Positions 42,094 to 54,467 of a stretch of 64,000 bases of DNA are shown one piece after another; the first letter of the stretch is position 1, and every line of letters begins with the position of its first letter. The translations under genes were made by a program, and so were the position numbers. The stretch lies in NCBI GenBank assembly GCA_038087875.1, contig CM075997.1, positions 3,288,001 through 3,352,000 of the forward strand, given 5' to 3'. Source of the stretch: Malacoraja senta. Its lineage: Eukaryota. The notes beneath the pieces are model-generated. The model was not told where the DNA came from and made no database searches. It saw only the letters and a list, made by a program, of their open reading frames with translations.

Positions 42094-42330
42094 GGGCCTG
42101 TCCCACTTGGCGATTTTTTTCGGCAACTGCCGGCATCATTGACTGACGTAACAGGTCACCGAAAAATTTGCAGCGCGATGCGGCGTGACGACGTATTGCC
42201 GCACGGTGTTTTTTATCAAGTGTTGCAACATATTTTTGTCGCCGCTGGATATTGATATGTTCAAAATTTTTTGCTGACACTGATATGACAGCGGCAGTCG
42301 CCAAAATATTTGCCAAGTGGGACAGGCCCT
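42094..42330. mobile_element. PIF/Harbinger-like MITE
   Basis: TIRs AGGGCCTGTCCCACTTGGC / GCCAAGTGGGACAGGCCCT. Confidence 0.7.
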
Positions 42331-43151
42331 TTACATGGGCAGGACCTACGCAGTGAATAGTAGGGCTCGAGAGGGATCTAGGAGTGCAGGTACATAGTTC
42401 GTTGAAAGTGGCTCCACAGGTAGAAAAGGCTTTGAGCGAATTGGCCTTCATCAGTATTAAGTATAAAAGAAATGGGTGATGTTTCAGGTTGAGACCCTTC
42501 CTCAGACTCTCAGTCTGAAGCAAGGTCTCAAGCCAAAATGTCACCCATTCCTTCTATCGAGAAATGCTGCCTGTCCCGTGGAATTGCTCCCGCAGTTTGT
42601 GTCTATCTTTGGTGTAAACCAGCATCTGCAGTTCCTTCCGACACATTTTGTGTATACAAGTTGGGAGGTCATGTTGCACTTAGTAAAGACGTTGGTGAGG
42701 TTACATTTAGAGTACTGTGTGCAGTTCTGGGAATCGTGTTACAGGAAAGATGTTGTCAAGCTGGAAAAGGTGCAGAGAAGATTTACGAGGATGTTGCCAG
42801 GACTCGAGGGTCTGAGCTATAGGGAGAGGTTGAGTAGGCTGGGATTCTTTTCCTTGGAGCGCAGGAGGCTGAGGGGTGATCTTATGGAGGTGTATAAAAT
42901 CATGAGAGGAATAGATTGGATAGAGCAGGGGAATCAAAAACCAGAGGACACAGGTTTAAGGTGAGGGGGGGGAAAGTTATAATAGGAACCTGAGGGCTAA
43001 CTTTTTCACATAAAGGGCGGTGGATGCATGGAACGAGCTGCCGGAGGAGGTAGGTGAGGCAGGTTGTATTGCAATGTTTAAGAAACATTTAGACAGGTAC
43101 ATGGATAGGACAGGTTTAGAGGGAAATAGGCCAAATGTAAGCAGGTGGGAT

Positions 43152-44810
43152 CAGGGCCGGCCTTAAGCCGATTGGACCGATTGCTCCTAATTGGGCCCGC
43201 GCCTAAGGGGGCCCCGCGCTAGTGTAATCTAAAGCTCCGCTCTAGGATCTTTGGAGTAATCTACTCTAGGCTCGGGTAGATCTACCCCGGGTGGAGGGGG
43301 GAGAGAGGGGTGGAGAGAGGGTGGAGGGGGAAGAAAGTGGTATACTTTCGTCATTGTTCAACTTCTGTCAAGGAGAAGCTATACTTCACCCTCGTTAGAC
43401 CTCATTTGGACTACGCAGTTGCAGCATGGGACCCATACACAAATAAAAACATTTCTTCCATCGAACGTGTCCAAAGACAGGCAGCTCGATTTGTTACTAA
43501 CACCTATGAGAGAGAAGCGAGTGTTACCCAACTTCTGAATTCTCTGGGGTGGAACCCTCTCCAAGACAGACGTGAAGCTCACCGTTTGACCTGTTTTTAC
43601 AAAATGTTAAATGGTCAGCTCGACATAGATTACAAGACCTACACCAAACCCAAACCAATTAGAGCAGACGAGGGCATTCGATCCAATTTGTGATTCCAGC
43701 TACCAAGACAGATGTGTACAGCAATTCATTCTTCCCCCGCACAATTAAAGCATGGAATAATCTTCACCCTACTATAGTTACCCAACCAGATACAACTACA
43801 TTTAAGGTAGCTCTTTCTTCCCAAAAACCCTTTCTGGCTTAAGCCCTCCCTCCACCAACTCCAGTTTAAATTCCATTTGGAATCTTTTGGTGGACCAAGA
43901 AACCAAGAACCAAGAACGGGGAGGAAGGTGTGAGGGGGAATGGAGAAGGGGGAGAGGGGGAGGTCCCTCACGGTCCCAGGGCAGCGCTCCCGCCCCTCCA
44001 GTCGCCGTGCTTCACGTACACAGCCCTGGCTCCTCCTCTCTCTCTCCCTGGGGAGACGCGGTGAACAATACAGGGAGGGCCGGGCCGGGGTTTGGAGCAA
44101 CGTTTACAAACCTTGGCCTCAGTTCACACGCGTTCGCCCGGACCCCGGCATCCTCATCCACCGCCGGTCCTCTCCCTCCCTTCTTCTCTTCCCTTCCCTC
44201 CCTCCCTTCCCTTCTTCCCTCCCTCCCTTCTCTCCTTCCCTCCCTCCTTCCTCTCTCTTTTCCCTTCTCTCCTTCCCTCACTCCCTTCTCTCCCTCCTTC
44301 CCTTCTCTCACCCCCCCTCCCTCTTCTCTCCTTCCCTCCCACACACACACACATAACACACAGACAACTAACACACACACACACAACTAAGTTAGGATGG
44401 GGTAGAAGTCCAAAGGGTAGGATGGGGCTGAAGCCCAAAATTTAATACCTGGACTGGTTTTTCGCCAAGTTATTGGTTTGCCAGGATCTAGTTAATTAAA
44501 TATTTTTTTTCATTTCACAGTCACTAAAACAAGTGGTATTGTAACTATGTACTTTTCAGAGGTGATCTACACATTTTGTTGGTTACTTGTAGGCTTACAT
44601 GTATGTACTTTTATATTAAAATGCAGCTTAGATCAGTTTGGTCCATTAACTCACAGGCATATTTTGATTACTTTCCATTCTACCATACAGATATGAAGTC
44701 TATAATAGACTTTATTTGTATTTCTATGATCCTACAGACCTTGGCTGGGGAGCCTGTGGCTCACCAAAATTGTTCCCAATTGGGCCCCGCACCTCCTAAG
44801 GCCGGCCCTG
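43152..44810. mobile_element. Non-autonomous hAT-like DNA transposon
   Basis: TIRs CAGGGCCGGCCTTA / TAAGGCCGGCCCTG and an imperfect 8-bp TSD GGTGGGAT / GGTGGCAC, matching host CR1 GGTGGGAC. Confidence 0.8.
43340..43916 (+). mobile_element. Divergent CR1/L2-group LINE 3' fragment nested in a hAT element
   Basis: KEKLYFTLVRPHLDYAVAAWDPY...IERVQRQAARFV...SVTQLLNSLGWNPLQDRR...FYK, ending in (ACCAAGA)n. Confidence 0.8.
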
Positions 44811-45475
44811 GGTGGCACTAGTGTAGATGGGGCATGTTGGTCAGTGTTGGCGAGTTGGGCCGAAGGGCCTGTTTCCACGCTGTATCACTCTCTGTACACA
44901 AAGTACATGAGTCATGATGTTTTCAATGCAAGAAGGACAAGTCGCAGGGCTAAATATCACAATGCTCCCGAGATACAATGTATCGTTGACCTGTGAATCC
45001 CACTTCCTGTTTCCAAGGCTACCAGAAAGAATCAATTCTAATTTTATTTAAAAAGGAAACACGAATTAAGCAAAGGAAATCCTTTAAGGATCAGGAGAAT
45101 GGATGCGTGAGATTGGAACAGTGTTTAGTTTACTCCAGAGATACAGCGCGGAAGTAGGCCCTTCAGCCCACCAATTCCTCACAATCCAGAGATCACACAA
45201 ACACTATCCTACACACACTAGGGACAATTTATACTTTTTACCAAAGCCAATTAACCTACAAACCTGCACGTCTTTGGAGTGAGGGAGGAAACCGGAGAAA
45301 ACCCACGCGGTCACGAGTTTGCCCTTGACTCATACTCGCAGCATGGTCGTCACGAGGTCGTAGGAGGTCGTAGGTAGGCCGTGATGCTAGTCATAGGTAC
45401 TCGTGGCATCAAGTAGGTCGGGGCGTTTTTCTAGCCTGATGCAAAATGTCCACGAGTAAAAAAGGTTGTGAATTA

Positions 45476-46210
45476 CCACCAGGGGCGTCGGGGAGATGGC
45501 AGCCCTGCCGGCAGTTTGTTCGTTTTTTCATCTTTTTGTTATTTTTAGTGTTTGTTAAAAGTTTGATTTAATGTACTTCAGTTTGTTTATGTGGAGGGAG
45601 GGGGGGGGAGGGGATCGGGGGAAACTTTTTTTCAAGTTCCTACCTTCCCGGAGATGTGATCAAGTTTCAGATCACATTCTCCGGGCTCTGCGGCCTATCA
45701 TCGCTGGAGCTGGAAGCCGCCTCGGACTGTCGTGAGCCCCACCGCGGTGCACGGACTTAACATCGGAGCGGATCCCTTGCCTGGGATCGCTCCCACCGCG
45801 GCCTGCGGACTTACCAACAAGGGCTCGCAGTCTCGGAAGAGGCCGAGTCGGGAGCTCCAACGCCACAGAAGGTTCACCAGCCCCGACGCGAGCGGAGGAG
45901 CTGACAACCCCCCGATGCGGGAGCTGAACGCCTCGACGCGGAGGGCACGAACGCCACCGGCTACGGGAGTCAAGATCATCCTGTTAATGGTGGCTCGAGG
46001 CCCACGACCAAGGAAGAACACAAGGGAAGGACTTGAACTTTATTTTGCCTTCCATCACAGTGAGGAATGTGTAGGAGTCACTGTGGTGGATGTTCATGTT
46101 AAAATGTGTTTTTGAGTGATCTGTTGCTTTTAATTGTATGACTGATCTGGTCAATGAAATTCCTCGTATGTTGCAAAACATACTTGGCGAATAAAGTGTG
46201 ATTCTGATTC
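45476..46210 (+). mobile_element. CpG-rich non-coding retroposon (unclassified) nested in a Harbinger-like MITE, itself inside a SINE
   Basis: TSD TGAATTA (45469-45475, 46211-46217) and a 3' end AATAAAGTGT(GATTCT)n; no recognisable ORF. Confidence 0.6.
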
Positions 46211-47901
46211 TGAATTAGGTCGTGAAAGTGGGACAGGCCCTTGAGGCAGCAACTCTACCGCTGCGCCACTGTGCCGCCCCACGCAAAACAAAGCTGTTCA
46301 CGTGACAATAACGAACCAAAACCTTAACAACATTTATTTTAAAAGTCCAAAACTGTCAACCGAAATATGTTCTACCGAGCTGGTCCACTCGTGTAAAAGC
46401 TTTCCTGAATGCCAAGCTAAGCAGCTTGTGAGAGGATTTGTTTATTAATAGAAATAATGGTTTAAAGAAATCCCATTTTGAGAGAGTTCCAGATTGAAGC
46501 AGGGATGGAACAGATGTTTGGGGACCTCAGTGACATCTCATCATTTAACGGGAACAGAGGGATCCCAACAACACAATGAGATCAATCTCTTGTGGAACGT
46601 CTTAGGCCAAAAGCCTCCAGGTAGCCCTGGGAGGAAGTCCCGATTTAGTACAAAACCTGATCCTTAACTTGACCTGCACCTTTTTTTCCTTGCACGTCTT
46701 TCATTAAAGGGGAATATTTAACAAAGGACAAGAGCCATCGACTCCCATTCCCGTAAAACACTGCCGATGCTGGAAAGAGTCCGTATAGTGGAGAGCGGAG
46801 CCAGGAAAAAGTAGGAAATCAACGGCTAAAAACTAGCCAGGGAAGGGTTGAACACACTAGAATCATAGATGTTTACGAAAGAACTGCAGATGCTGGAAAA
46901 ATCGAAGGTAGACAAAAATGCTGGAGAAACTCAGCGGGTGAGGCAGCATCTATGGAGCGAAGGAATGGGGACGTTTCGGGTCTCGACCCTTCTTCAGACC
47001 TTCAGGCTCTCGACCCGAAACATCACCTATTCCTTCGCTCCAAAGATGCTGCCTCACCCGCTGAGTTTCTCCAGCATTTTTGTCTGCCTAGAATCATAGA
47101 TGGTCACTCTATAGATAGTCTGTGCCGGCTCTTTGAATGAATCGGTAAACTCATCCCAACGCTATTCCCACTCCCCCCCCCCCCCCAAGAAAACGCAAAG
47201 TGCCCGAGTACCTCAGCCGGTCAGTCAGCATCTGTGAAGAAGGGTCTCGGCCCGAAACGTCACCTATTCCTTTTCTCCAGAGATGCTGTCTGACCCGCTG
47301 AGTTACTCCAGCTTTTTGTGTCTATCTCTAGAGAACGTGGATAGGTGACGTTTCAGGTCTGGAATCAATCTGAGGAAGGGTCCCGACCCGAAACGTCTCC
47401 TGTCAATGTACTCCGGAGATGCTGCCTGACCCGCTGAGGTACTCCAGCACTTTGTGTCTTTTTTTTGTTGTAACCCATCATCTGCAGTTCCTTGTTTCTA
47501 CATACCCCTACATGACCAATGTCAGGTATGAAAGAATTTGCATCTATCTCCCTTTGTCCTCATCTTCTCTGAGATTCATCTGCCAGGCACATTCACAGAG
47601 ACACAGAGCTAAAGCCCTTGAACCGACTAACTCCGTGACAACCATCAGACCTCCATTTACAGTCCTTGTACAGCGATCCCACATCAACAGTAAGTCCATG
47701 TAGCCCATGTACATGGCTGTATACATTTGCTACTAATTAATTTCTGAGCAAGAACTGAGGCAAGACAAATGAAAATTGTCTACCCAAGACAAATGAAATG
47801 CAGTTCTGAATAAGGCAGGCTCTTCTTCTTCTTCAGTGCTTTGAACATGTTTTCAATCCATTCTCCTGTTAATCTTAGATGGACACCAAAAGCTGGAGTT
47901 A

Positions 47902-48236
47902 AGCCCCTGTCCCACTGTACGAGGCAATTCACGAGTTCTCCCGAGGTTTCCCCTGATTCGAACTCGGAGAACGTCCGTAGGAGTTCGTGGATGTCTCGTA
48001 GCGGCTCGTAATGCTAACGGTAGATACTCGGGAAATCCGGTAAACTCGCGACGTTTTATCATCCCTGTAAAAAATGTCCACGAGTAAAAAAATACTCGTG
48101 TTGAAAGAAATTGTTACTTTTTACTCGTACGAGCCGCTACGAGACATCCACGAACTCCTACGGACATTCTCCGAGTTCGAATCAGGGGAAAACTCGGTTG
48201 AACTCTTGAATTACCTCGTACAGTGGGACAGGGACT
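47902..48236. mobile_element. PIF/Harbinger-like MITE inserted in a Penelope pLTR element
   Basis: TIRs AGCCCCTGTCCCACTGTACGAGG / CCTCGTACAGTGGGACAGGGACT; the host GCTGGAG-TAA-CTCAGCGGG is split at TAA. Confidence 0.75.
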
Positions 48237-50729
48237 TAACTCAGCGGGACAGGCAGCATCTCTGGAGAGAAGGAATGGGTGACGTTTCGGGTCGAGACCC
48301 TTCTTCAGAACCTGTTAATCTTTCCCGTCATAAGGAGAACAAGTCCAGATTATTCATATTATTCCTTTTATCGTGTGTCTGTACACTGTGGACGGCTCGA
48401 TTGTAATCATTTATAGTCCCTTCCGCTGACTGGTTAGCATGCAACAAAAGCTTTTCACTGTACCTCGGTACATGTGACAATAAACTAAATGGAACTGAAC
48501 CTGCTGAACTGCTGGGGCGTTAGAGCCACAACCCGACAAAGAGTCAGCAGCTCAGAAGGATAAAAACATTGGAAACTTACTATCGCTGTGTATTAAATGC
48601 TGGAAATGTTCGAGTCCCAGCGCCCTGGGAGTAATTACAGAAAGCAAAGCATTTCCTTACTCTTTCTGGAGTGAAATGATTATTTAATTTGAACAAAACA
48701 CTTTCCCAAAATATTTCTTCCAAAGTAAACAATCCAAGTTTTCCAACAAATTGCCAGAACTGCTCGTTAAGTGAAAATAAACATTTGATTTAATTCTCTC
48801 CCTCCAGTTCTCATGTTGAGGTTTGCAAGAGAACATAGAACAGTACAGCACAGGAACAGGCCCTTCGGCCCGCACTGTCCGTGTGAAACATGATGCCAGG
48901 GTAAACTAATCTCCTCTGCTTGCACATAATTCCTATCCCTCCATTCCCTGCATATCCATTGCCTTTCCAAGTCTCTGAAATCGCACTGCTTAATGGCGGG
49001 ATGGTGGTGCAGCGGTAGAGTTGCTGCCTTACAGTACCAGCGACCCAGGTTCGATCCTGACTGTGGCTGCTGTCTGTACGGAGTTTGAACGTTCTCCCCG
49101 TGACCTGCGTGGGTTTTCTCTGGGATCTCTGGTTTCAATAGGCAATAGAAAATAGGTGCAGGAGTAGGCCATTCAGCCCTTCGAGCCATTCAATGTGATC
49201 ATGGCTGATCATCCCCAATCAGTACCCCGTTCCTGCCTTCTCCCCATATCCCCTGACTCCGCTATCTTTAAGAACCATATCTAGCTCTCTCTTGAAAGTA
49301 TCCAAGAACCGGCCTCCACCGCCCTCTGAGGCAGAGAATTCCACACTCACAACACTCTGTGGGGGAAAAAGTGTTTCCTCATCTCCGTTCTAAATGGCTT
49401 ACCCCTTATTCTTAAACTGTGGCCCCTGGTTCTGGCCTCCCCCCAACATCAGGAACATGTTTCCTGCCTCTAGTGTGTCCAATCCTCCCACACTCCAAAG
49501 ACGTACAGGTTTGTAGGTTAATTGGCTTGGTAAATAAAGGTAAAATTGTCCCTAGCATGGAGCATAGCATTAGTGTGCGGGGATCGCTGGTCGGTGTGGA
49601 CTCGGTGGGGTGAATGGCCTGTTTCCATGCTGTATCTTTAAATTAAACTAAACTAAGCCACCTCCAATACCATTCCTGGCATTGTGTTCCAGGCTCCCAC
49701 TACTCTCTGTATAAATAACTTGCCCCACACTGCTCTAAGTTTTCCCCTCTCACCTTAAAGCTCTGCCCTCTAGTCTTTGATATCTCCATCGTGGGAGAAA
49801 GGTCTGACTGTCTATGCCTCTCATAATTGTATATACTTATTCTTCCAGCATGTGGAACCTTCGTACTTAGACCATCAGTTTACCCCATTTGTCTACCATA
49901 TCTATGTTTCTCTTAATTTTATATACTTCTATCCTCTGACCCTCTACAGAAAACAAGTTTGTCCAACCTCTCCCTATAGCTGTCTGAAGTCTGAAGAAGG
50001 ATCTCGACCCAAAACGTCACCCATTCCTTCTCTCCACAGATGCTGCCTGTCCCATTGAGTTACTCTAGCATTTTGTGTCTACCTTCGGTTTAAACCAGCA
50101 TCTGCAGTTCCTTCCTACACACTCTCCTTATAGCGAATACACTCTTAATCCAGGCAACATTCTGGTAAAACTCCCCTGCCTTTTAGAGACAGAACATTTA
50201 AACCCCACACTCCCTGCTCCATTTCCCCTGAACCCTTTGGTGAATAAGTTTGAAGAAGGGTTTCGGCCCGAAACGTTGCCTATTTCCTTCACTCCATAGA
50301 TGCTGTTACACCTGCTGAGTTTCTCCAGCATTTTTGTGTACCTTTAGTGAATAAAACTCTATTAATATCCAAGTTCAAATTTAATTTTTAACGAATGGCA
50401 ATTATCCTTTAAGTGGAGAGTTTAAAACTTCTGTCACCTGTTAGAGGTGCCAGTGTTTGTTAATCCCACTCAGAGGCTCATTCCCGATGTTTACCTTATC
50501 ATGTGTATTATTCCTAGAATTTAACAGTGGGGTGGAAACAGGCCCTTCGGCCCAACTCCTCCATGCCGACCAAGATGCCGCATCTAATCTAGTCCCATTT
50601 TCCTGCATTCGGCTCATGTCCCTCCAAATTGTTCCAATCCATAAATTTTGATTACATAAAAACTTATCCTCTTCACAAGATGTTGCCAGGACTCGAGGGC
50701 CTGAGCTACACTGGCACCTCTAACTCCTA

Positions 50730-51856
50730 GAGAGATCTAGGAGTACAAATGCATGGTTCCATGAAGGTCGAGTCGCAGGTAGCTAAGGTGGTCAAAAAGG
50801 CTTTTGGCACTCTGGCCTTCATCAGTCAGAGTATTGAGTATAGAAGTTGGGAGGTCATGTTGCAGTTGTATAAGACGTTGGTGAGACCGCATTTAGAATA
50901 TTGTGTTCAGTTCTGGGCACCACGTTATAGGAAAGATATTGTCAAACTTGAAAGGGTTCAGAAAAGCTTTATGAGGATGTTGCCAGGACTAGAGGGTGTA
51001 AGCTACAGGGAGAGGTTGAGTAGGCTGGGTCTCTATTCCATGGAGTGCAGGAGGATGAGTGGAGATCTTATATAGTGTACAAAACCATGAGAGGAATAGA
51101 TCGGATCTTTTACCCAGAGTAGGGGGAATTGAGGACCAGAGGACATAGGTTCAAGGTGAAGGGGAAAAGATTTAAAAGGAATCCAAGGGGTGACTTTTTT
51201 ACACAGAGGGTGGTGGGTGTATGGAACAAGCTGCCAGAGGAGGTAGTTGAGGCAGGGACTATCCCATCGTTTAAGAAACAGTTGGACAGGGACATGGATA
51301 GGACAGGTTTGGAGGGTTATGGACCAAGCGCAGTCAAGTGGGACTAGTGTAGCTGGAACATTGTTGGCCGGTGTGGGCAAGTTGGGCCGAAGGGCCTGTT
51401 TCCACACTGTATCACTCTATGACTCTACAGGGAGAGGTTGAGAAGGCCGGGACTCTATTCCTTGGAGCGCAGGAGGCTGAGGGGTGATCTTATAGAGGTG
51501 TACAAAATCATTGGAGGAATAAATCGGGTAGAGGCACTGAGTCTCTTGCCCAGAGTAGGGGAATCGAGGACCAGAGGACATAGGTTTAAGGTGAGGGGGC
51601 AAAAATTTAATAGGAACCTGAGGGGTATCGTTTTGGGTGGTGGGTGTATGGAACGAGCTGTCGGAGGTGGTACTTGAGGCTGGGACTATTGCAACGTTTA
51701 AGAAACATTTAAACAGGTACATGGATAGGAAAGGTATAGAGGGATATGGGCCAAGCGCAGGCAGGTGGGACTAGTGTAGCTGGGACATGTTGGATGGTGT
51801 GGGCAAGTTGGACCGAAGGGCCTGTTTCCATGCTGTATCTCTCTATGACTCTATGA
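50730..51856 (+). mobile_element. Two tandem CR1 (HER1-like) LINE 3' fragments
   Basis: ORF2 C-terminus LYKTLVRPHLEYCVQFWAP...RLGLYS...FFTQRVVGVWNKLPEEVVEAGTI, each copy ending in (ACTCTATG)n. Confidence 0.9.
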
Positions 51857-52239
51857 CCACCTCCCTCCTAGTTCTTTTGCCTATTGCTTTAAATCTGTGA
51901 CCTCAAATTCCTGACTGCCCTGGCGGCAGAAACAGTTTCCTCTAACGTATTCTATCTGAACCTTTCACAGCGAAAATACAATGGCCAAAAACTCCACCCA
52001 TTTGCGTGCGAACACTCATGAATGTTTAAAGATCTGTTCTCATTTATTACAATACAAGATATTGGCAGCTGATTACACAATGATTCAACAGAAATCTTTA
52101 AGCAACAGTTAATTTAACAGAATTTTCACAGAAAATCGTGTCTATTGAGTTTCTAACCATGTATTTACAGTATTAAAACCATTACACGTGCACCTGGAAC
52201 CGAAAGGGTTAAAGAATTGAGTATGGACAGGTGTTGTAC

Positions 52240-52720
52240 AGGTGCACAGTAGAGAGCATGCTGGCATCGTGGCTTGGTTCGGCAACCTGAGGGTCCAGGA
52301 GCGGAAAAGGATGCAGAAAGTTGTAACCACTGCCCAGTCCATCATCGGCTCTGACCTCCCCACCATCGAGGGGATCTATCGCAGTCGCTGCCTCAAAAAG
52401 GCTGCCAACATCATCAAGGACCCACACCATCCTGGCCACACACTCATCTCCCCGCTACCATCGGGCAGAAGGTACAGGAGCCTGAAATCTGTTACATCCA
52501 GGTTCAGGAACAGCTGCTTCCCCACAGCCATCAGGCTATTAAACTCGCCAACAAACAGACTCTGAACTGTAACAGCACTCTATCTGCTTATTTATGTGTA
52601 CATTGAACTGAACTGTTCTGTATTTATTTATGTCTATAATATTCTGTTGTGCTGAAGCAAAGCAAGAATTTCATTGTCCTATCTGGGACACATGACAATA
52701 AACTCTCTTGACTTGACTTG
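52240..52720 (+). mobile_element. Rex1/Babar-type LINE 3' fragment
   Basis: GIVAWFGNL...AQSIIGSDLPTIEGIYRSRCLKKAANIIKDPHHPGHTLISPLPSGRRYRSLK...FPTAIRLLN with a (CTTGA)n tail. Other copies at about 490-1200, 13240-13570, 19100-19330, 39140-39675(-), 41270-41610(-) and 61495-62060(-). Confidence 0.8.
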
Positions 52721-54170
52721 TATGGAGAGAGAAAGCTTCATTTTAATCAGCTGGTTAACATTTGAGTTTACACTTTTATATAGAGCATGGTGCCATGAAT
52801 AACAACACCCTCCCCAGTCCCAACCCATGGTCACGGAGTTGTTTACATTGTGGTGGTGTGGAATATCAAGCAGGCAGCAAATGACCAGGCAAGAAAGTAA
52901 AGTTTTAAAGAAGGAACTGCAGATGCTGGAAAATCGAAGGTACACAAAAATGCTGGAGAAACTCAGCGGGTGCAGCAGCATCTATGGAGCGAAGGAAATA
53001 GGTAACGTTTTCGGGCCGAAACCCGAAAGTAAAGTTAGTGTGCAGGAAGGAACTGCAGCTTTACACTGAAGATAAGACACAAAATGCTGGAGTAACTCAG
53101 CAGGACAGGCAGCACCTCTGGAGAGAAGGAATGGGTGACGTTTTGGGTCAAGACCCTTCTTCAGTCCAAGAGTTGAAGAGATTAGGACCAGGGGCCACAG
53201 CCTCAGAATAAATGGACGTTAATTTAGAAAGGAGATTAGGAGGAATTTCTTTAGTCAGAGGGTGGAATTCATTGCCACAGAACACTATGGGTGCCAATTT
53301 TTAAGGCAGAGATAGATAGATTCTTGATTAGTACAGGTGTCAAGGGTTGCGGGATGAAGGCAGGAGAATTGGGGTTAGGTGGGAGAGATAGATCAGCCCT
53401 GATTGAATGGCGGAGTAGACTTGATGGTCCGAAAGGCGGAATTTTGCTCCAATCATTTATGAACTTATGAACATGCTATGGAAGGAATTTTACACAGAGG
53501 GATGCAGGCAACAGGAGATACGCATTGAGAGATATGGTCAGGTGATGTGGACAGACAGACAGTGTGGGAAGCAGACTACAGATTTGGAAATACGGAGCTG
53601 AGATTTACCACAGACTGAGCCATGGGTCTTGCCAGAGCCCAAACCCTCTGGCAGCATGTAGTACTTAAGAGACCGACTGTGCTGAACTATTACTTGGGAT
53701 AACACATAAACTAATTTCAGCTCCGCTTTCTAAAGGCACGCTGGCAATATGGCGTTTGATAACGGAGGAAGAAAAGAAAAAATGGACAATGGGCAAAGAT
53801 GTCTGGCTGTCTCGTGGATGTCTCGTAGCGGCTCGTACGAGTAACGGTAGGTACTCGGGAAATCCGGTAAACTCATGACGTTTTTTCCAACACTGTGATA
53901 AATGTCCATGAGTAAAAAAATACTCGTGATGAAATTTTTTTTTACTCGTACGAGCCTCTACGAGACATCCACGAACTCCTACGGACCCCCTATGGACATT
54001 CTCCGAGTTCGAATCAGGGGAAAACTCGGGAGAACTCGGGAATGACCTCGTACAGTGGGACAGGCCATTTACTCCAGCACTGTATGAACGTCTATATGCC
54101 CTGCTGTGGTATTTGTCCAAGCCTTAACCCGTGCTAAAGAGCCCATCACTGCTCACAACTACTTCCCTTA

Positions 54171-54467
54171 AGGGACTGTCCCACTGTACGAGCTAATTCA
54201 AGAGTTCTCCCGAGTTTCCCCTGATTCAAACTCGGAGAATTACGGTAATAGCCGCTCGTAGATACTCGGGGCTCTCGTGAACATTTTTCAACATCTTCAC
54301 GACCTTACCGCGTTTCCCGAGTACCTGCCGTTAGCGTTACGAGCCGCTAAGCGACGTCCCGAGCTCCGACTTACCTGCTACGTACATTCTACGTGCTTAC
54401 CACGAATTTGATTTTTTCTTAAACTCGGGAGAGCTCTTGAATTACCTCGTACAGTGGAACAGGCCCT
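54171..54467. mobile_element. PIF/Harbinger-like MITE (a related partial copy lies at about 53810-54068)
   Basis: TIRs AGGGACTGTCCCACTGTACGAG / CTCGTACAGTGGAACAGGCCCT with a TTA TSD. Confidence 0.75.

Larger units (their letters stand above)
42653..44893 (+). mobile_element. CR1 3' fragment interrupted by a hAT-like element
   Basis: LHLEYCVQFWESCYRKDVVKLEKVQRRFTRMLPGLEG...; the CR1 tail resumes after 44810. Confidence 0.8.
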
